In this document: positions 25,135-35,297 of the stretch, in pieces
Layout of the letters: every line of letters starts with the position of its first letter
Position numbering within the stretch: position 1 is the first letter of the stretch
Source of the DNA: a virus
Strand: one strand, 5' to 3'
Length of the DNA stretch: 35,960 nt
Virus record (IMG/VR): IMGVR_UViG_3300009648_000002
Location: 1 to 35,960 of that record
Program-made: the position numbers and the translations under genes
Notes under the pieces: generated by a model
The model's database searches: none
Told to the model about the DNA's origin: nothing
The model's input: the letters and a program-made list of their open reading frames with translations, nothing else

Positions 25135-27902
25135 TGCCAACAGCTCGACTTTATGGTTCCTCGTTCACGTATCAGAGGGTGGAGAAGAACCAGTACGGGA
25201 CCTATACGGAGACAGTCTGGAATAATACGGGGAACCTGAAGTATGATGATGGGAAGTACGCTAAGACATCCCTCATAGCCTCAAAGTCAGGGACGGCCTC
25301 CAAGCCGGGCCGTTTAATAGCTAAGGGATTTTCAGGGTCAATCCCTGACAATTCTAAGATTAATAGTGTCACTGTGGAGTGGGAGGAGTACATACGTAAC
25401 CCTAATGGCGGGACAACGGGCGTCCCGAACATCCCAGCAAGGTACGTCTGCCTCTATTATGGTTCTTCCTGTTATTCATCCACTAAGACTGTATCATCAG
25501 CAGTCCCCACCTCAGCGACGAAGAGGACCCTGACATGGTCCTCTGGTGAGTTGCCCTCAGGATTCTCCAAGTCTACTCTGACATCATCATCATTCGGGGC
25601 CTACCTGAACCCTGCGAGGAATACGACGTACAATCCTGGGTACATGTACGTTGATCACATCCAGTTGATCGCTGATTACACCACACCCACTTATTCTGTG
25701 AGTATCACGCGTACGGGTGGGGATAAGCCCAGGGACACTGTAACGTACACTTTCACGCTCACTAATACGAACAACACGCCTCACACTGTCCCGGTTGCCT
25801 GCACCATCACTCTCCCATCTGATTTCACCGTAACTGAGGCCAGCGGGGATGGGACATACACTGCAGGGTCATGGTCTGCCCAGGTCAAATCCACGTACAC
25901 AGCTGTCCTCACAGTGAAAGGGTACTACACGGGCCCCGGATCCAAGCAGGTCTCCTTCCAGGAGTCTGTGACGGGCCAGTCCACGACGAACACATTCACA
26001 GTCACTAATCCGGCCTGCGGGATTGTCCAGGTCGACTACTCCCACATACCCAAGGGAGTCCAGACCCAGCTCACCTACACCGCCACAGACCTCGGAACAT
26101 CCTCAACGACGGTATCGATACCATTCCCGGCCTGGATCACCGTCAACGGGTACAGTGGGGATGGGTCATATTCGAATGGGGTCTGGACCATCCCCAGCGG
26201 AGGCTCCGCACCCCGGACAGCCACCATCACCCTCACAGTCACCGCATCACAGGATGGCGTCTATATGCAGCAGATCAAGGACGCCACCCAGACCCTCCAC
26301 AGCCTCAGGTGCCTCATCACCCGCACAGACCTCCCAGATCCGCCGATCTATCAGGTCAGATTCCCATCTGATCGCCTCAGGGATCTGCCATGGGGTCAAC
26401 GCCCACTGTACCTCCTCTTCCCCGTCCAAGTGGTGAAGAAGAAGACAGAATGGCTCTACAGTAGCCATCAGCTCGAATACAGTGTCGTCGCTGATGGCCA
26501 AGTGATCTCCAGGTTCACCCCCCCGACGGGGCAGCCATCCCTGATCACCGCGAGACTCCCTGACACCCAGGTCACGGACCTCCGGGTCTACCTCCACATG
26601 GCCAATGGCATGGAGCAGGACTTCCAGTACCTCATCGCAGATCCTGTTATCTCAGAATCCCCGGTCTACAGTGGAGGGGGTGGGGAATGGCGGAGCCTGG
26701 TCCTGGATGACTACGTAGCGGTCCTGGAGCCACATGGATCCATCGGGCCCCTGGAACTCCTACCAGTGGAGCCGGACCTCCCGGACGGGGCGATCATAAC
26801 AGGGTTCAGGGTTTCATACACCCTCAACACCACGACCCTTGCAGGTGACGGGTCACAGGGCGACGCGGATGTAGCCTTGACGCTACGTATACACGCAGAG
26901 GATGCTGTCTATGGTGAGAAACGACTCATACAGTCAACTGGCTGCTATGAGGAGGGCTGGCGCTATGATAAGTGGGGCCTCGTGGAGGCGGCCACAGGGA
27001 AGCTCCCTGAGACTGAGGATCCCTCCACTGGGGCGGCCCTATTCACGTCTGGGTGGCTCGATGAGGTGTACGTCTCCTTCATCTTCGAGAACCCCACAGA
27101 CAGTGAGGTGGTCGTTGAGGTCAGGGATGTGGCCCTGGAGATCTATTACAGCCTTGATGATGACCTGGGACATGCAGTGTACTTTAATGGTGTCCCCTCA
27201 ACGAGTTTCGGGGCCGTGCTCCTGAATGAATCGGAGTTGCAGTTCGGTGGGAAGCTTAAACTGGACCTGGTGGATTTAACGGGCTGGAATGAGAATTATA
27301 TTAAATCCGTGAAGATTGAGCCCATCTCCTTCAAACTCAAATTCTACATTGGCGGTGAGAATATAGAGGAGGCGACGAGGATGGTCCGCGAATTCCTATC
27401 CCTTATCACCCCAGATATCAACATGTACGGCCTGCCCGAGCCGATGGCCCTCACCATGAGTTGGGATGACACAACATACTACTATGTCCTCCAGGATGAA
27501 ATCGATGTGAAGAACCACGTCTCCGGATATGAGGTCACAGTACCCGTCACAGTCCCCTCTGGGCATGGGTATGGCCCCATGGTGAAGATGCCGGCCTCAG
27601 GGACCCATAAGAGCCTTATACCGCCCCGCCCAATCGTCTACGTCGATGTGAATGAGGATGTGGAGAGCGTCACAGTCTCTGAGAGGGTCACCCGGGCCAC
27701 CCTAACCCTGAACACCCCTATAACCGCCCCTAAGACCCTGATAATTGACTCAGAGGATCGGAGGGTGACGGATACTGATGGGGAGGAATACACTGGAAGA
27801 CTATCACTGAACTCCGAATTCTTCACCCTCCAACGCAGATACGACTTCACAGCCTCAGAGGGTGCGACGGTACGGATGATTATACTGAGGGAGGCGAGGT
27901 AA
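25134..27902 (+). CDS. Large tail/baseplate protein (922 aa)
   Basis: Position after the tape measure; Thr/Ser-rich beta-type sequence. Confidence 0.5.
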   Translation: MPTARLYGSSFTYQRVEKNQYGTYTETVWNNTGNLKYDDGKYAKTSLIASKSGTASKPGRLIAKGFSGSIPDNSKINSVTVEWEEYIRNPNGGTTGVPNIPARYVCLYYGSSCYSSTKTVSSAVPTSATKRTLTWSSGELPSGFSKSTLTSSSFGAYLNPARNTTYNPGYMYVDHIQLIADYTTPTYSVSITRTGGDKPRDTVTYTFTLTNTNNTPHTVPVACTITLPSDFTVTEASGDGTYTAGSWSAQVKSTYTAVLTVKGYYTGPGSKQVSFQESVTGQSTTNTFTVTNPACGIVQVDYSHIPKGVQTQLTYTATDLGTSSTTVSIPFPAWITVNGYSGDGSYSNGVWTIPSGGSAPRTATITLTVTASQDGVYMQQIKDATQTLHSLRCLITRTDLPDPPIYQVRFPSDRLRDLPWGQRPLYLLFPVQVVKKKTEWLYSSHQLEYSVVADGQVISRFTPPTGQPSLITARLPDTQVTDLRVYLHMANGMEQDFQYLIADPVISESPVYSGGGGEWRSLVLDDYVAVLEPHGSIGPLELLPVEPDLPDGAIITGFRVSYTLNTTTLAGDGSQGDADVALTLRIHAEDAVYGEKRLIQSTGCYEEGWRYDKWGLVEAATGKLPETEDPSTGAALFTSGWLDEVYVSFIFENPTDSEVVVEVRDVALEIYYSLDDDLGHAVYFNGVPSTSFGAVLLNESELQFGGKLKLDLVDLTGWNENYIKSVKIEPISFKLKFYIGGENIEEATRMVREFLSLITPDINMYGLPEPMALTMSWDDTTYYYVLQDEIDVKNHVSGYEVTVPVTVPSGHGYGPMVKMPASGTHKSLIPPRPIVYVDVNEDVESVTVSERVTRATLTLNTPITAPKTLIIDSEDRRVTDTDGEEYTGRLSLNSEFFTLQRRYDFTASEGATVRMIILREAR

Positions 27903-27903
27903 T

Positions 27904-29721
27904 ATGCGGTTCAAGGTCGGCCCGCTCCTCATACTGAACCCTGATGAAACCCCTCTCGTCTACCTTGACAGTGACGCCGTCCAGGTCACAGAGAAAGTCA
28001 CATTCAACTCTTTCAGGGAGCTACGGGTCAACCATCCTCTCATCCACGATGATGGGAGGGATTACAGCAGGTACATCCGCCCCGGGATGAAGATGTTCTG
28101 GTATACCACCACTGAGGGCGACTCCTGCCTCTACGTCATCGACGGGGCTGTTAAGTACGAGTATGACGCTAACACCGTGGATTTCACGGCCCATGAGGCC
28201 GCCGCCGAGTTGCAGGACCTCCCACCAGTCTGGGTGGATCCTGTGGTCGCTGACAACTTCCAGGACGCCCGGATAGGCCAGCAGTGGACGACCACGACGA
28301 ACGGGGGGCAGATCACTGAGGGCAAGGGGTACCTGCAGCTCTACGCCTCGAAGGGTACACAGATCGTCTGGGGCGGCGCCTCCACGTATAGGTCGCCCTG
28401 CATCGCCCACACACCCCTACTTGAGGGGAATAGCTTCACATTGATCACCAGGATCATCCCCATGCCCCCCTTGAAGAATGAAGCTCCATTCGGCCTCGCC
28501 ATCACCAACAACAACTTCGAGGCATTCTATAGGATCGGCAGGCATTGGAGCAGTGACGGGAAGCACTATGTGAGGACAGACTACCGTAACCCCGGCGGTA
28601 CCGAGACCCAAGTCCAGTCTGATGAGTATAAGGACCTCTCTGTGATGGCGGCGACATGGTTCATGCTCGAAGTGGACGCTGATGGGAAAGCCACAACCTC
28701 ATGGAGCCCTGATGGTGTCTCATGGACAAGTCACACGACAACACAGTTAACCTGGACTCCTACCCGGGCGGGGGTCTTCATCAGGAACTGGAGCCCTAAC
28801 TACAACCCCGTGAAGGCCAGGGCAACGACTTTCAAGTACATCCCCTGGAGGGGGCGACTCGTCGATGTGACTGACGAGTACCTCACCAACCTGACCGGGG
28901 GCAGGTTCACCGCCACAGGGACGCCCAGCGGCCTCCAGGCACGTCTCGGCGGCCTCCAGGACCCCTACAGTATCATCATGAAGGTCTGCGAGGATAACGG
29001 CCTCCAGGCCTCTTTCAGGTACAGGTATGACGCGGATGATGGTGGGATAAAGCGTGAACTCCTCCTCACCTCGGTGGATGATACTGTGAGGGGTGTGCTC
29101 CGCCTCGGTGAGGACATCGCCGGCCTGGAGGTGACCATCGATGAGTCCAGTGTTGCATCCGCCGCCGCGCCCAGGTTAACGGCCCTGAATGATGCCGAGA
29201 AACTGATCCCTGTCCTGCAGGAGTACCGTGAACTCCAGGTCACCAGGGGTGCGGGTATACCCTCGCAGGTCTACACGGACTCCCAGAACCGGCAGGTCTA
29301 CGGGCCTAATGTCTCCGCGCCCTATGGGAAGACAGGGGGTGTGTACGTTGTCGTTGCAGAGGACTCTGACGCCGAATACAGGAGGATAATAACCCCTGGG
29401 GTCCCAGATGAGGGCCGGGTCGTCTACGTGGACGTGTCCCAGGCAGATCACCCTTTGAACCTGTACTGGGACTTGGCAGGGAAGCTGGACGAGGCAAGGA
29501 CACGGAAGATCACTCTCACCTTTGATTACATGGAGAAAAGCCCTGATGCGGCGGAGTTCAGGTACAGGGTAGGGGACCTCCTCAGGATCATCCTCCCAGG
29601 TGAGGATGAGGCGGCGGAGTTCAGGGTCCAAACGACGGAGAAGAACCCCTACGAGCCCGCTGCCTTGAAGATGGAGCTCGGCGAGGAACCCATCAAATTC
29701 ACAAGGATAGGAGGTAGATAA
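27904..29721 (+). CDS. Tail/baseplate protein (605 aa)
   Basis: Position in the tail module. Confidence 0.5.
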   Translation: MRFKVGPLLILNPDETPLVYLDSDAVQVTEKVTFNSFRELRVNHPLIHDDGRDYSRYIRPGMKMFWYTTTEGDSCLYVIDGAVKYEYDANTVDFTAHEAAAELQDLPPVWVDPVVADNFQDARIGQQWTTTTNGGQITEGKGYLQLYASKGTQIVWGGASTYRSPCIAHTPLLEGNSFTLITRIIPMPPLKNEAPFGLAITNNNFEAFYRIGRHWSSDGKHYVRTDYRNPGGTETQVQSDEYKDLSVMAATWFMLEVDADGKATTSWSPDGVSWTSHTTTQLTWTPTRAGVFIRNWSPNYNPVKARATTFKYIPWRGRLVDVTDEYLTNLTGGRFTATGTPSGLQARLGGLQDPYSIIMKVCEDNGLQASFRYRYDADDGGIKRELLLTSVDDTVRGVLRLGEDIAGLEVTIDESSVASAAAPRLTALNDAEKLIPVLQEYRELQVTRGAGIPSQVYTDSQNRQVYGPNVSAPYGKTGGVYVVVAEDSDAEYRRIITPGVPDEGRVVYVDVSQADHPLNLYWDLAGKLDEARTRKITLTFDYMEKSPDAAEFRYRVGDLLRIILPGEDEAAEFRVQTTEKNPYEPAALKMELGEEPIKFTRIGGR

Positions 29722-29723
29722 CC

Positions 29724-29909
29724 ATGAACATTGAACCCTTAAGGGTTGAGGAATCCGAATACAATGGCGTGAAAACACGCATATACATATACAGGGACAC
29801 CATCATCGAAATATCAGGCGTCGAGGACCTCTCAGATGAGGAGATACAGGGGAGGCTTGAGGAGGCCTTCAACCAGTTAAAGGCCGCTGAGGCGCCCCCT
29901 GAAGGTTAA
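29724..29909 (+). CDS. Small hypothetical protein (61 aa)
   Basis: Tightly spaced ORF in the tail module. Confidence 0.35.
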   Translation: MNIEPLRVEESEYNGVKTRIYIYRDTIIEISGVEDLSDEEIQGRLEEAFNQLKAAEAPPEG

Positions 29910-29929
29910 TATGTGTGAGGTGATAGGGT

Positions 29930-31654
29930 ATGGCATCATACACCGCGACACAGGACGGGCTATGGAGCCAGGCCAGCACATGGGGTGGGTCCGGTGTCCC
30001 GGGGAACGGTGACACCGTAACCATCCCAGCTGGGCGGACGGTGACCTTCGACGTCGACCAGTCCAGCTTCGCATCAGGACTGGCCGGTTTAACAGTGGAT
30101 GGGGTCTTATCATGGAAGACTGACACCGTAACGTACCTCAAGATGGCCACTGATATCAATATTGGTGGTACGGGCACCCTACAGGTTGGCAGACCAGATA
30201 ATCGGATCCAGAGGCCCGCGCAGGGGTCACAGGTCAGGGCAACGATAAAACTGCAAGGATCCAACAGCAAAATCACAACCCCGAACATCTATGCCTATGG
30301 ATGGGATGAACGCCTGAACAGGACCACGCTCGCAGCCAACGCCTCAGCCGGGGCCACACAGGTCGTACTCTCCGAGGATATGAACCTGCAGGCCGGGGAC
30401 CAGATCCTCATCGGGGCAGGGACTGTGAACGACTATATGACGGAGTCTGCGAAGGGAGTGTACACCGTGTCCAGCTATGACCAGTCTACGAGGACTGTGA
30501 CCCTCACCGGGGCCCTGGGCCATGGACGGCTGGCAGGAGACTACGTAGGAGTATATAACAGGACAATATTCTTCGATACAGTAAGAAATTCGTCCTTTGA
30601 ATCGTATAATCCTGGTTATTATCGTTTTGAAGGCGTGACAATCAGGAGCAGTATCGGGTGGACATCCACACTTAATATGCCTTTGGCTGACGGAGTCCTT
30701 GCAGATAAATGCACATTCATCCCTTCAGGAACCTTCACAGGGACGTATGGGGGGCAATATGGTTCTCCTTATATTGTCCAGAACAGCACATTTTATAACA
30801 CGAGCGTGTCTTGGTCGCAGAATACAACGTTCAAGGACTGTGTCTTCATTCAAAGAGAATTAAAGGACTATGGGTTCATAACTTATCCTGCTGGGGCTCT
30901 ATTTGATGGCTGTTGGTTCCAGAACGCCCATGCAGTCGTATATAGATACCCTGATTTGGGTTGGGGGTTCAGTCAGCACAAGGGCTGCAAGGCCCGTAAC
31001 CTTCAAAGTGGAGCATACGGATCCTTCTCGCATCCTGTAACATGTTATAATATGGACTTCGGCGGATACACGCCAGTTAATAGGCTGTATTATCATCATA
31101 GGCTCTATGATTGCCTTGCACCCACCATCAGCATCGATTATGGGGCGGCTACACTGGAGGGTGCCCTGGAGTCCTTCAACCACAACCAGGTCCCCGGAGA
31201 CTACCGCCTCTACCAGTACGGAGGCGTCACACTCAAAGTCACAGACATCCCCGCACCAGGACGCACGTACAGCCATAAAACAAACCTCACATCCACTTAC
31301 AGCCCCGCGGTGGTGGGCCGGCCCCTCGGTGTCCTGGATCCCGGCGAGACCCTGGTCCTGACGGCGTGGATACGGAAGGATAAGACGTCAGCAGAGATGC
31401 CATACACCCCCCGCGTCCAAGTCCTACAGGGTGACAACTGGATCCATAAGCGGGACACCGATGTCCTGAAGGAGACCCTCATGGACCCCTCCAAAGTGAA
31501 TGAGTGGGACAAGGTCGTGTTGAAGTACCGTAACAAGGAGTCATACCCTGTACGGGTTTCGGGGCGTGTGAAGATGATGGGGTCCTCGGGGAATGTGTGG
31601 CATGTCCTCGGTGATGATGTCTCCGAGCGCGGTAAACTCGTATTCATCAAATAG
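29930..31654 (+). CDS. Putative tail fibre / receptor-binding protein
   Basis: 574 aa, glycine/threonine-rich beta-type sequence; last large gene of the tail module. Confidence 0.45.
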   Translation: MASYTATQDGLWSQASTWGGSGVPGNGDTVTIPAGRTVTFDVDQSSFASGLAGLTVDGVLSWKTDTVTYLKMATDINIGGTGTLQVGRPDNRIQRPAQGSQVRATIKLQGSNSKITTPNIYAYGWDERLNRTTLAANASAGATQVVLSEDMNLQAGDQILIGAGTVNDYMTESAKGVYTVSSYDQSTRTVTLTGALGHGRLAGDYVGVYNRTIFFDTVRNSSFESYNPGYYRFEGVTIRSSIGWTSTLNMPLADGVLADKCTFIPSGTFTGTYGGQYGSPYIVQNSTFYNTSVSWSQNTTFKDCVFIQRELKDYGFITYPAGALFDGCWFQNAHAVVYRYPDLGWGFSQHKGCKARNLQSGAYGSFSHPVTCYNMDFGGYTPVNRLYYHHRLYDCLAPTISIDYGAATLEGALESFNHNQVPGDYRLYQYGGVTLKVTDIPAPGRTYSHKTNLTSTYSPAVVGRPLGVLDPGETLVLTAWIRKDKTSAEMPYTPRVQVLQGDNWIHKRDTDVLKETLMDPSKVNEWDKVVLKYRNKESYPVRVSGRVKMMGSSGNVWHVLGDDVSERGKLVFIK

Positions 31655-31668
31655 GAGGCTGAATAGAG

Positions 31669-32052
31669 TTGATTGACGAAAAATATGATAGGATAAACAA
31701 GATAGCTGAATTCATCGATGGGTTGCAGGAGCAACTCGTTAAAGATGAAACATCATGGATATGGGTTGATATTGAGAAGGCAGTTCTCTACCAACTTGAT
31801 TACATGGAAATCGATAATATCCTCCGGCGTCTTGAAGAAGAAGCTCCATTGTTCTGGGATGGGACTATCCACCGATTGTGGTTCATCCACGCCGCGAACA
31901 GGGTCATAGATTATGCATACTTCCACGCAGACCTTGATGACATCGACATGATCCTCACATCATTGACTAACACGACGATGGAGATCCTGACAAGGAGCCT
32001 CAGGGAGGCCCCAGAGGATGTACTCTCTGAGTATGAAGTATGCATTGAATGA
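31669..32052 (+). CDS. Hypothetical protein (127 aa)
   Basis: ORF downstream of the tail fibre gene. Confidence 0.4.
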   Translation: MIDEKYDRINKIAEFIDGLQEQLVKDETSWIWVDIEKAVLYQLDYMEIDNILRRLEEEAPLFWDGTIHRLWFIHAANRVIDYAYFHADLDDIDMILTSLTNTTMEILTRSLREAPEDVLSEYEVCIE

Positions 32053-32070
32053 AGAATTTTGGGGTGAGAT

Positions 32071-32805
32071 ATGATGAAGAAGGAGTACAGGTTAGATGAA
32101 TTCCTGGATATGAAGCGTCGCTGGGAGGCCTTCAGAATCCAGAAGGGCAGAAAACCTAACTACGTGACTGATAAGGCGGGTGAAAAGATCCCAAGAGACG
32201 TGTTTAATGATATGCTACTAAGATATGAACGCTTCGTTGCACTCAACCATAGAGATCCAGCCCTCATCAAAGTGAAGGGTAATACTGCTGATGACGGGTG
32301 GGTTACCACTGGGTATTTCCAGCAGGACTATCAGGACACGGATCACACCTGCGGCCCCAGCAGCCTCCAGATGGCTCTCTCTGCCCTTGAGTGCAAGATA
32401 TCGGAGTCGGAGTTAACAAAGGCGGCTGGGACAACATTGAAGGGAACAGACCATAAAGGTATGTTGAAGGCTATCACTTATGCAGCGAATAAGTGTAAAA
32501 AGAAACTTAAAGCCGAATTTAAAAAATTCAAGGCAATAGGATGGGATTCGATCATTAAACACGTTGAGGGTGGCGGGGAAGTCATAATACACCTTGTCAC
32601 CCGGCCAGGCCTTGACACGGATGTGAATGGTCGAGTGGTCTGGCGTGGAGCATTCGGTCACTATGTCTACCTCGTCGGCGTGAACAGGAAGAAGGGAGTG
32701 GTGAGGATAGCTGACCCAACGAAGGGGATTCGAGAGTTCACTCAAGGACAAGTAGTTCAGGCGATAAATAACCTGTCACAACCCAGCATACTCCTAATAA
32801 AGTAG
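32071..32805 (+). CDS. Papain-like (C39-like) cysteine peptidase, candidate cell-wall peptidase/lysin
   Basis: Q...DHTCGPSSLQMALSAL (Gln, then Cys in a CG.xSL context) with downstream GHYVYLVG...RIADPTKG (His, Asp), as in the peptidase C39 arrangement. Confidence 0.5.
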   Translation: MMKKEYRLDEFLDMKRRWEAFRIQKGRKPNYVTDKAGEKIPRDVFNDMLLRYERFVALNHRDPALIKVKGNTADDGWVTTGYFQQDYQDTDHTCGPSSLQMALSALECKISESELTKAAGTTLKGTDHKGMLKAITYAANKCKKKLKAEFKKFKAIGWDSIIKHVEGGGEVIIHLVTRPGLDTDVNGRVVWRGAFGHYVYLVGVNRKKGVVRIADPTKGIREFTQGQVVQAINNLSQPSILLIK

Positions 32806-32820
32806 TGGAGGCGGGTCTTA

Positions 32821-33594
32821 TTGGTAGATCAGTATGAACTCCACCATAAACGACGCCTTCATATCATACCACTCGGGGATCTTCATGTAGGGGCGAGGAA
32901 TTGCAATTATGACTATATTGAGTACGCGATTAGGACGATTAATCAATTGAAGGGCCCTAAACGTGTGTATATGATGGGCGACCTCCTGGAGACTGCTGAT
33001 AAACGTGTTGGTGGCAGTGTCTTTGAGCAGGACATGAGCCTCGATGATCAGGTATGCTTTATCAGGGATCTTTTGAAGCCAATAAGTGATGATATTGTTT
33101 TCTTCTGCAGGGGAAACCATGAGGAGCGCCTTATTAGGATGTATGACCTTGACCTGACCCGGCTGCTTGCTGAGGACTTTGGGGTGGGGTATGGGTATCA
33201 GTGCCATGACGAATTCCTTGTAAATGGTCGTCAGTTTAAGGTGATGGCGTATCATGGAAAGGGGAGTAGCAGGTCACCCTACCTCGCGTATGGGAAGGTG
33301 GTGAGGGAGCTTGGGAATTTTAAGGCTGACCTGTATCTTTACGGGCACCTCCATATGGCTGGGGCGTACAGGGAGTTCTATTGGAGTCCTGAGGGTGTCT
33401 CTCAGAGGGTTTATGTCCTGTCAGGTCATTTCATGAAGTACTGGTCAGGTTATGCTGAGGCTGGTGCCCTCACATATAGTCCAGAAGGGTTTGGTGTGTG
33501 TAACCTGAACAAGGACTGCTTTATCTCATATAACCCGTTCCATATACATGAAAGGAGGCCTGATCTATTAGTTTGTGGTGATGGTGTAGGATAA
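32821..33594 (+). CDS. Calcineurin-like metallophosphatase
   Basis: Ordered motifs GDLHVG, MMGDLLE, GNHEE and GHLH match the metallophosphoesterase signature; probable TTG start. Confidence 0.6.
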   Translation: MVDQYELHHKRRLHIIPLGDLHVGARNCNYDYIEYAIRTINQLKGPKRVYMMGDLLETADKRVGGSVFEQDMSLDDQVCFIRDLLKPISDDIVFFCRGNHEERLIRMYDLDLTRLLAEDFGVGYGYQCHDEFLVNGRQFKVMAYHGKGSSRSPYLAYGKVVRELGNFKADLYLYGHLHMAGAYREFYWSPEGVSQRVYVLSGHFMKYWSGYAEAGALTYSPEGFGVCNLNKDCFISYNPFHIHERRPDLLVCGDGVG

Positions 33595-33908
33595 TGATGA
33601 ATCGCTTCATGCAATTGAGAGGTAAACTGGACATCCCCTCATTAGATGAGATCACTGTAAGGTTTGAGAGAAAAAGATGCTTCCTCCCCACCGCCTACTG
33701 TTACCCTGAGATGAAGGTGATAGTCATCGAAGGGAACCCTGCAAGCCTGGAGAGGTATGGGCTCGCTGAACTCATCTGTCATGAATTGTCAGAATACGAA
33801 TACTATCATCAAAACAATAGCGAAAGCATGCATAATGACGATTTCAGATTGATAGAGTCAAAGTACAGGGAGATCATAGAGGAAATAATCAGAGAAGAAC
33901 ATGAATGA
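33594..33908 (+). CDS. Hypothetical protein (104 aa)
   Basis: ORF overlapping the phosphatase stop. Confidence 0.4.
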   Translation: MMNRFMQLRGKLDIPSLDEITVRFERKRCFLPTAYCYPEMKVIVIEGNPASLERYGLAELICHELSEYEYYHQNNSESMHNDDFRLIESKYREIIEEIIREEHE

Positions 33909-33972
33909 ACGTACATGACAATCAGATAGGTAATATTAAATATCTAAAAAATGTAATGATGATGTATGACCC

Positions 33973-34014
33973 GGGGGCCACTCTATTTTTCCTACCCCCC
34001 TCAAAGAGGCCCCC
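33973..34014. terminator. GC-stem inverted repeat with T-run between convergent genes, possible bidirectional terminator
   Basis: gggggcc at 33973-33979 pairs with ggccccc at 34008-34014; internal T5 run. Confidence 0.3.
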
Positions 34015-34023
34015 AGATCATTC

Positions 34024-34797
34024 TCATTCTATCATATTCAAGAGTTTCTCACGGTATTCAGCACTCAGATTTCTCTTCATGATCACCTCCCTTATATTCT
34101 CACGAGTGATGGGAAGATCTTGCTTCTCAAGTATCTCGATCACTCCAAGAAGGGCGGGAGTCTTCTTCAACTCCTCTATCTCCTCATCAGAGAGTTCATC
34201 CTCAACGATCTCTGGAACGACCTGTGCGTCTACAGCGTCAGGCTCTCTCTTTGTCTTCGCGTTACGCTTCGTCTCAGAGTTACGCGTATTCCTCAGGATG
34301 TCAGTCTCCTCTGCAGGTGTAGGTGCATACCCTGCAAGGCTAACGATCCACCCTAGAGGCATCCTGAGGGCCTTGCTCACAGCCCTCGTCTCAGCCATTG
34401 ATTGAATAGCATATTCATCCCGCCCATACCAGTTCTTTTCGTAGCTACTGCAGATCATCTCCGCAGCACCTATCACTGTCCCATCAGAGCGTCTTGCAGT
34501 GGCCCTGGCCCTGTATATTATTTCGGGCTTTTTACGGCCACTATGAGGCTCCCTCTCAAGCCTCTCGGTCTCCTCAATGACTGAATAGACCCCGACAAGG
34601 AATCCAAGGGTTGTCCATCCCTCTACAGTGACATATTTTTTCCCTTTTATGTCCACGTAGAGGTTCGCGCCCTCTATTATATCTGTGAGTGTCCTGGATA
34701 TCTTCGTCGCGGTGTTAACCATCATCTCAGGTGATTCGAAGGCGAACAGGTTGGTGGTTCTTGGTTTCTCTGGCAGGTTGGGTTGGTTTGTCATCAT
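34024..34797 (-). CDS. Hypothetical protein (257 aa)
   Basis: Minus-strand ORF with RBS ggagggaataa-ATG; no catalytic motif recognised. Confidence 0.5.
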   Translation of the reverse strand: MMTNQPNLPEKPRTTNLFAFESPEMMVNTATKISRTLTDIIEGANLYVDIKGKKYVTVEGWTTLGFLVGVYSVIEETERLEREPHSGRKKPEIIYRARATARRSDGTVIGAAEMICSSYEKNWYGRDEYAIQSMAETRAVSKALRMPLGWIVSLAGYAPTPAEETDILRNTRNSETKRNAKTKREPDAVDAQVVPEIVEDELSDEEIEELKKTPALLGVIEILEKQDLPITRENIREVIMKRNLSAEYREKLLNMIE

Positions 34798-35013
34798 TTA
34801 TTCCTCCCTTATCATTGAAGGAGTCTTAGCATTTTTATCCTGCAGTCGGAGGATGTGAGAGATGATCCTGTGCGGGTCCATTTCAACCCACTCAACCCAT
34901 TCTCTTTCACCATCATAAATCCCTTCATGGAATTTGGCTACAATCCGGCCATCCTGAACTTTGAGTGAGACCTTGTCTCCCCATTCTAAACCGAATTTGA
35001 TAGTTGCCATCAT
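34798..35013 (-). CDS. Hypothetical small protein (71 aa)
   Basis: Minus-strand ORF whose start overlaps the upstream small gene stop (ATGA). Confidence 0.45.
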   Translation of the reverse strand: MMATIKFGLEWGDKVSLKVQDGRIVAKFHEGIYDGEREWVEWVEMDPHRIISHILRLQDKNAKTPSMIREE

Positions 35014-35150
35014 GGGACCACCCCTGATGTGCCCTCAATCTGGATGATGAAGAGGGCTGCCATCATCATCACAACTAGTAGTATTGTGATGATGTTAGTT
35101 GCTTGGACGTCACATTTGCACATGTAGGCTGTGTTTTTCTCCAATCTCAT
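35010..35150 (-). CDS. Small membrane protein (46 aa); absent from the ORF track
   Basis: ATG at 35150 preceded by gtgaggtgagatag; translation MRLEKNTAYMCKCDVQATNIITILLVVMMMAALFIIQIEGTSGVVP has a hydrophobic core. Confidence 0.35.
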   Translation of the reverse strand: MRLEKNTAYMCKCDVQATNIITILLVVMMMAALFIIQIEGTSGVVP

Positions 35151-35297
35151 CTATCTCACCTCACATATAGCCCATCTCTTCGTTTTGGGCTCTGTTAATA
35201 AGATTGGGGTAAACATATATAAACATAGGGAATATTGCACACATTTATATGCATCACTGTCATAGTCGATACTAGAACTGTTCAGGAGGTGAATTTA
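35151..35297. promoter_or_regulatory. Divergent promoter region with TATA-like boxes
   Basis: catatataaac and catttatatgc elements between the minus-strand operon start and the plus-strand RHH gene. Confidence 0.35.

Noticed and set aside
33594-33908. Zinc metallopeptidase HExxH motif in the 104-aa protein (ICHELSEYEYYH)
   Set aside because: The sequence is HELSE...H, not HExxH; the spacing does not fit the zincin motif.
33905-34405. Plus-strand ORF 33905-34405 (166 aa, Ser-rich)
   Set aside because: It is antisense to the minus-strand gene 34024-34797, which has a strong RBS and a balanced composition.
35235-35297. Track start at 35235 for the RHH gene (TTG start, MHTFICITVIVDTR...)
   Set aside because: That stretch contains the TATA-like box and has no RBS; the GTG at 35298 follows a canonical aggaggtga, so the shorter protein is preferred.
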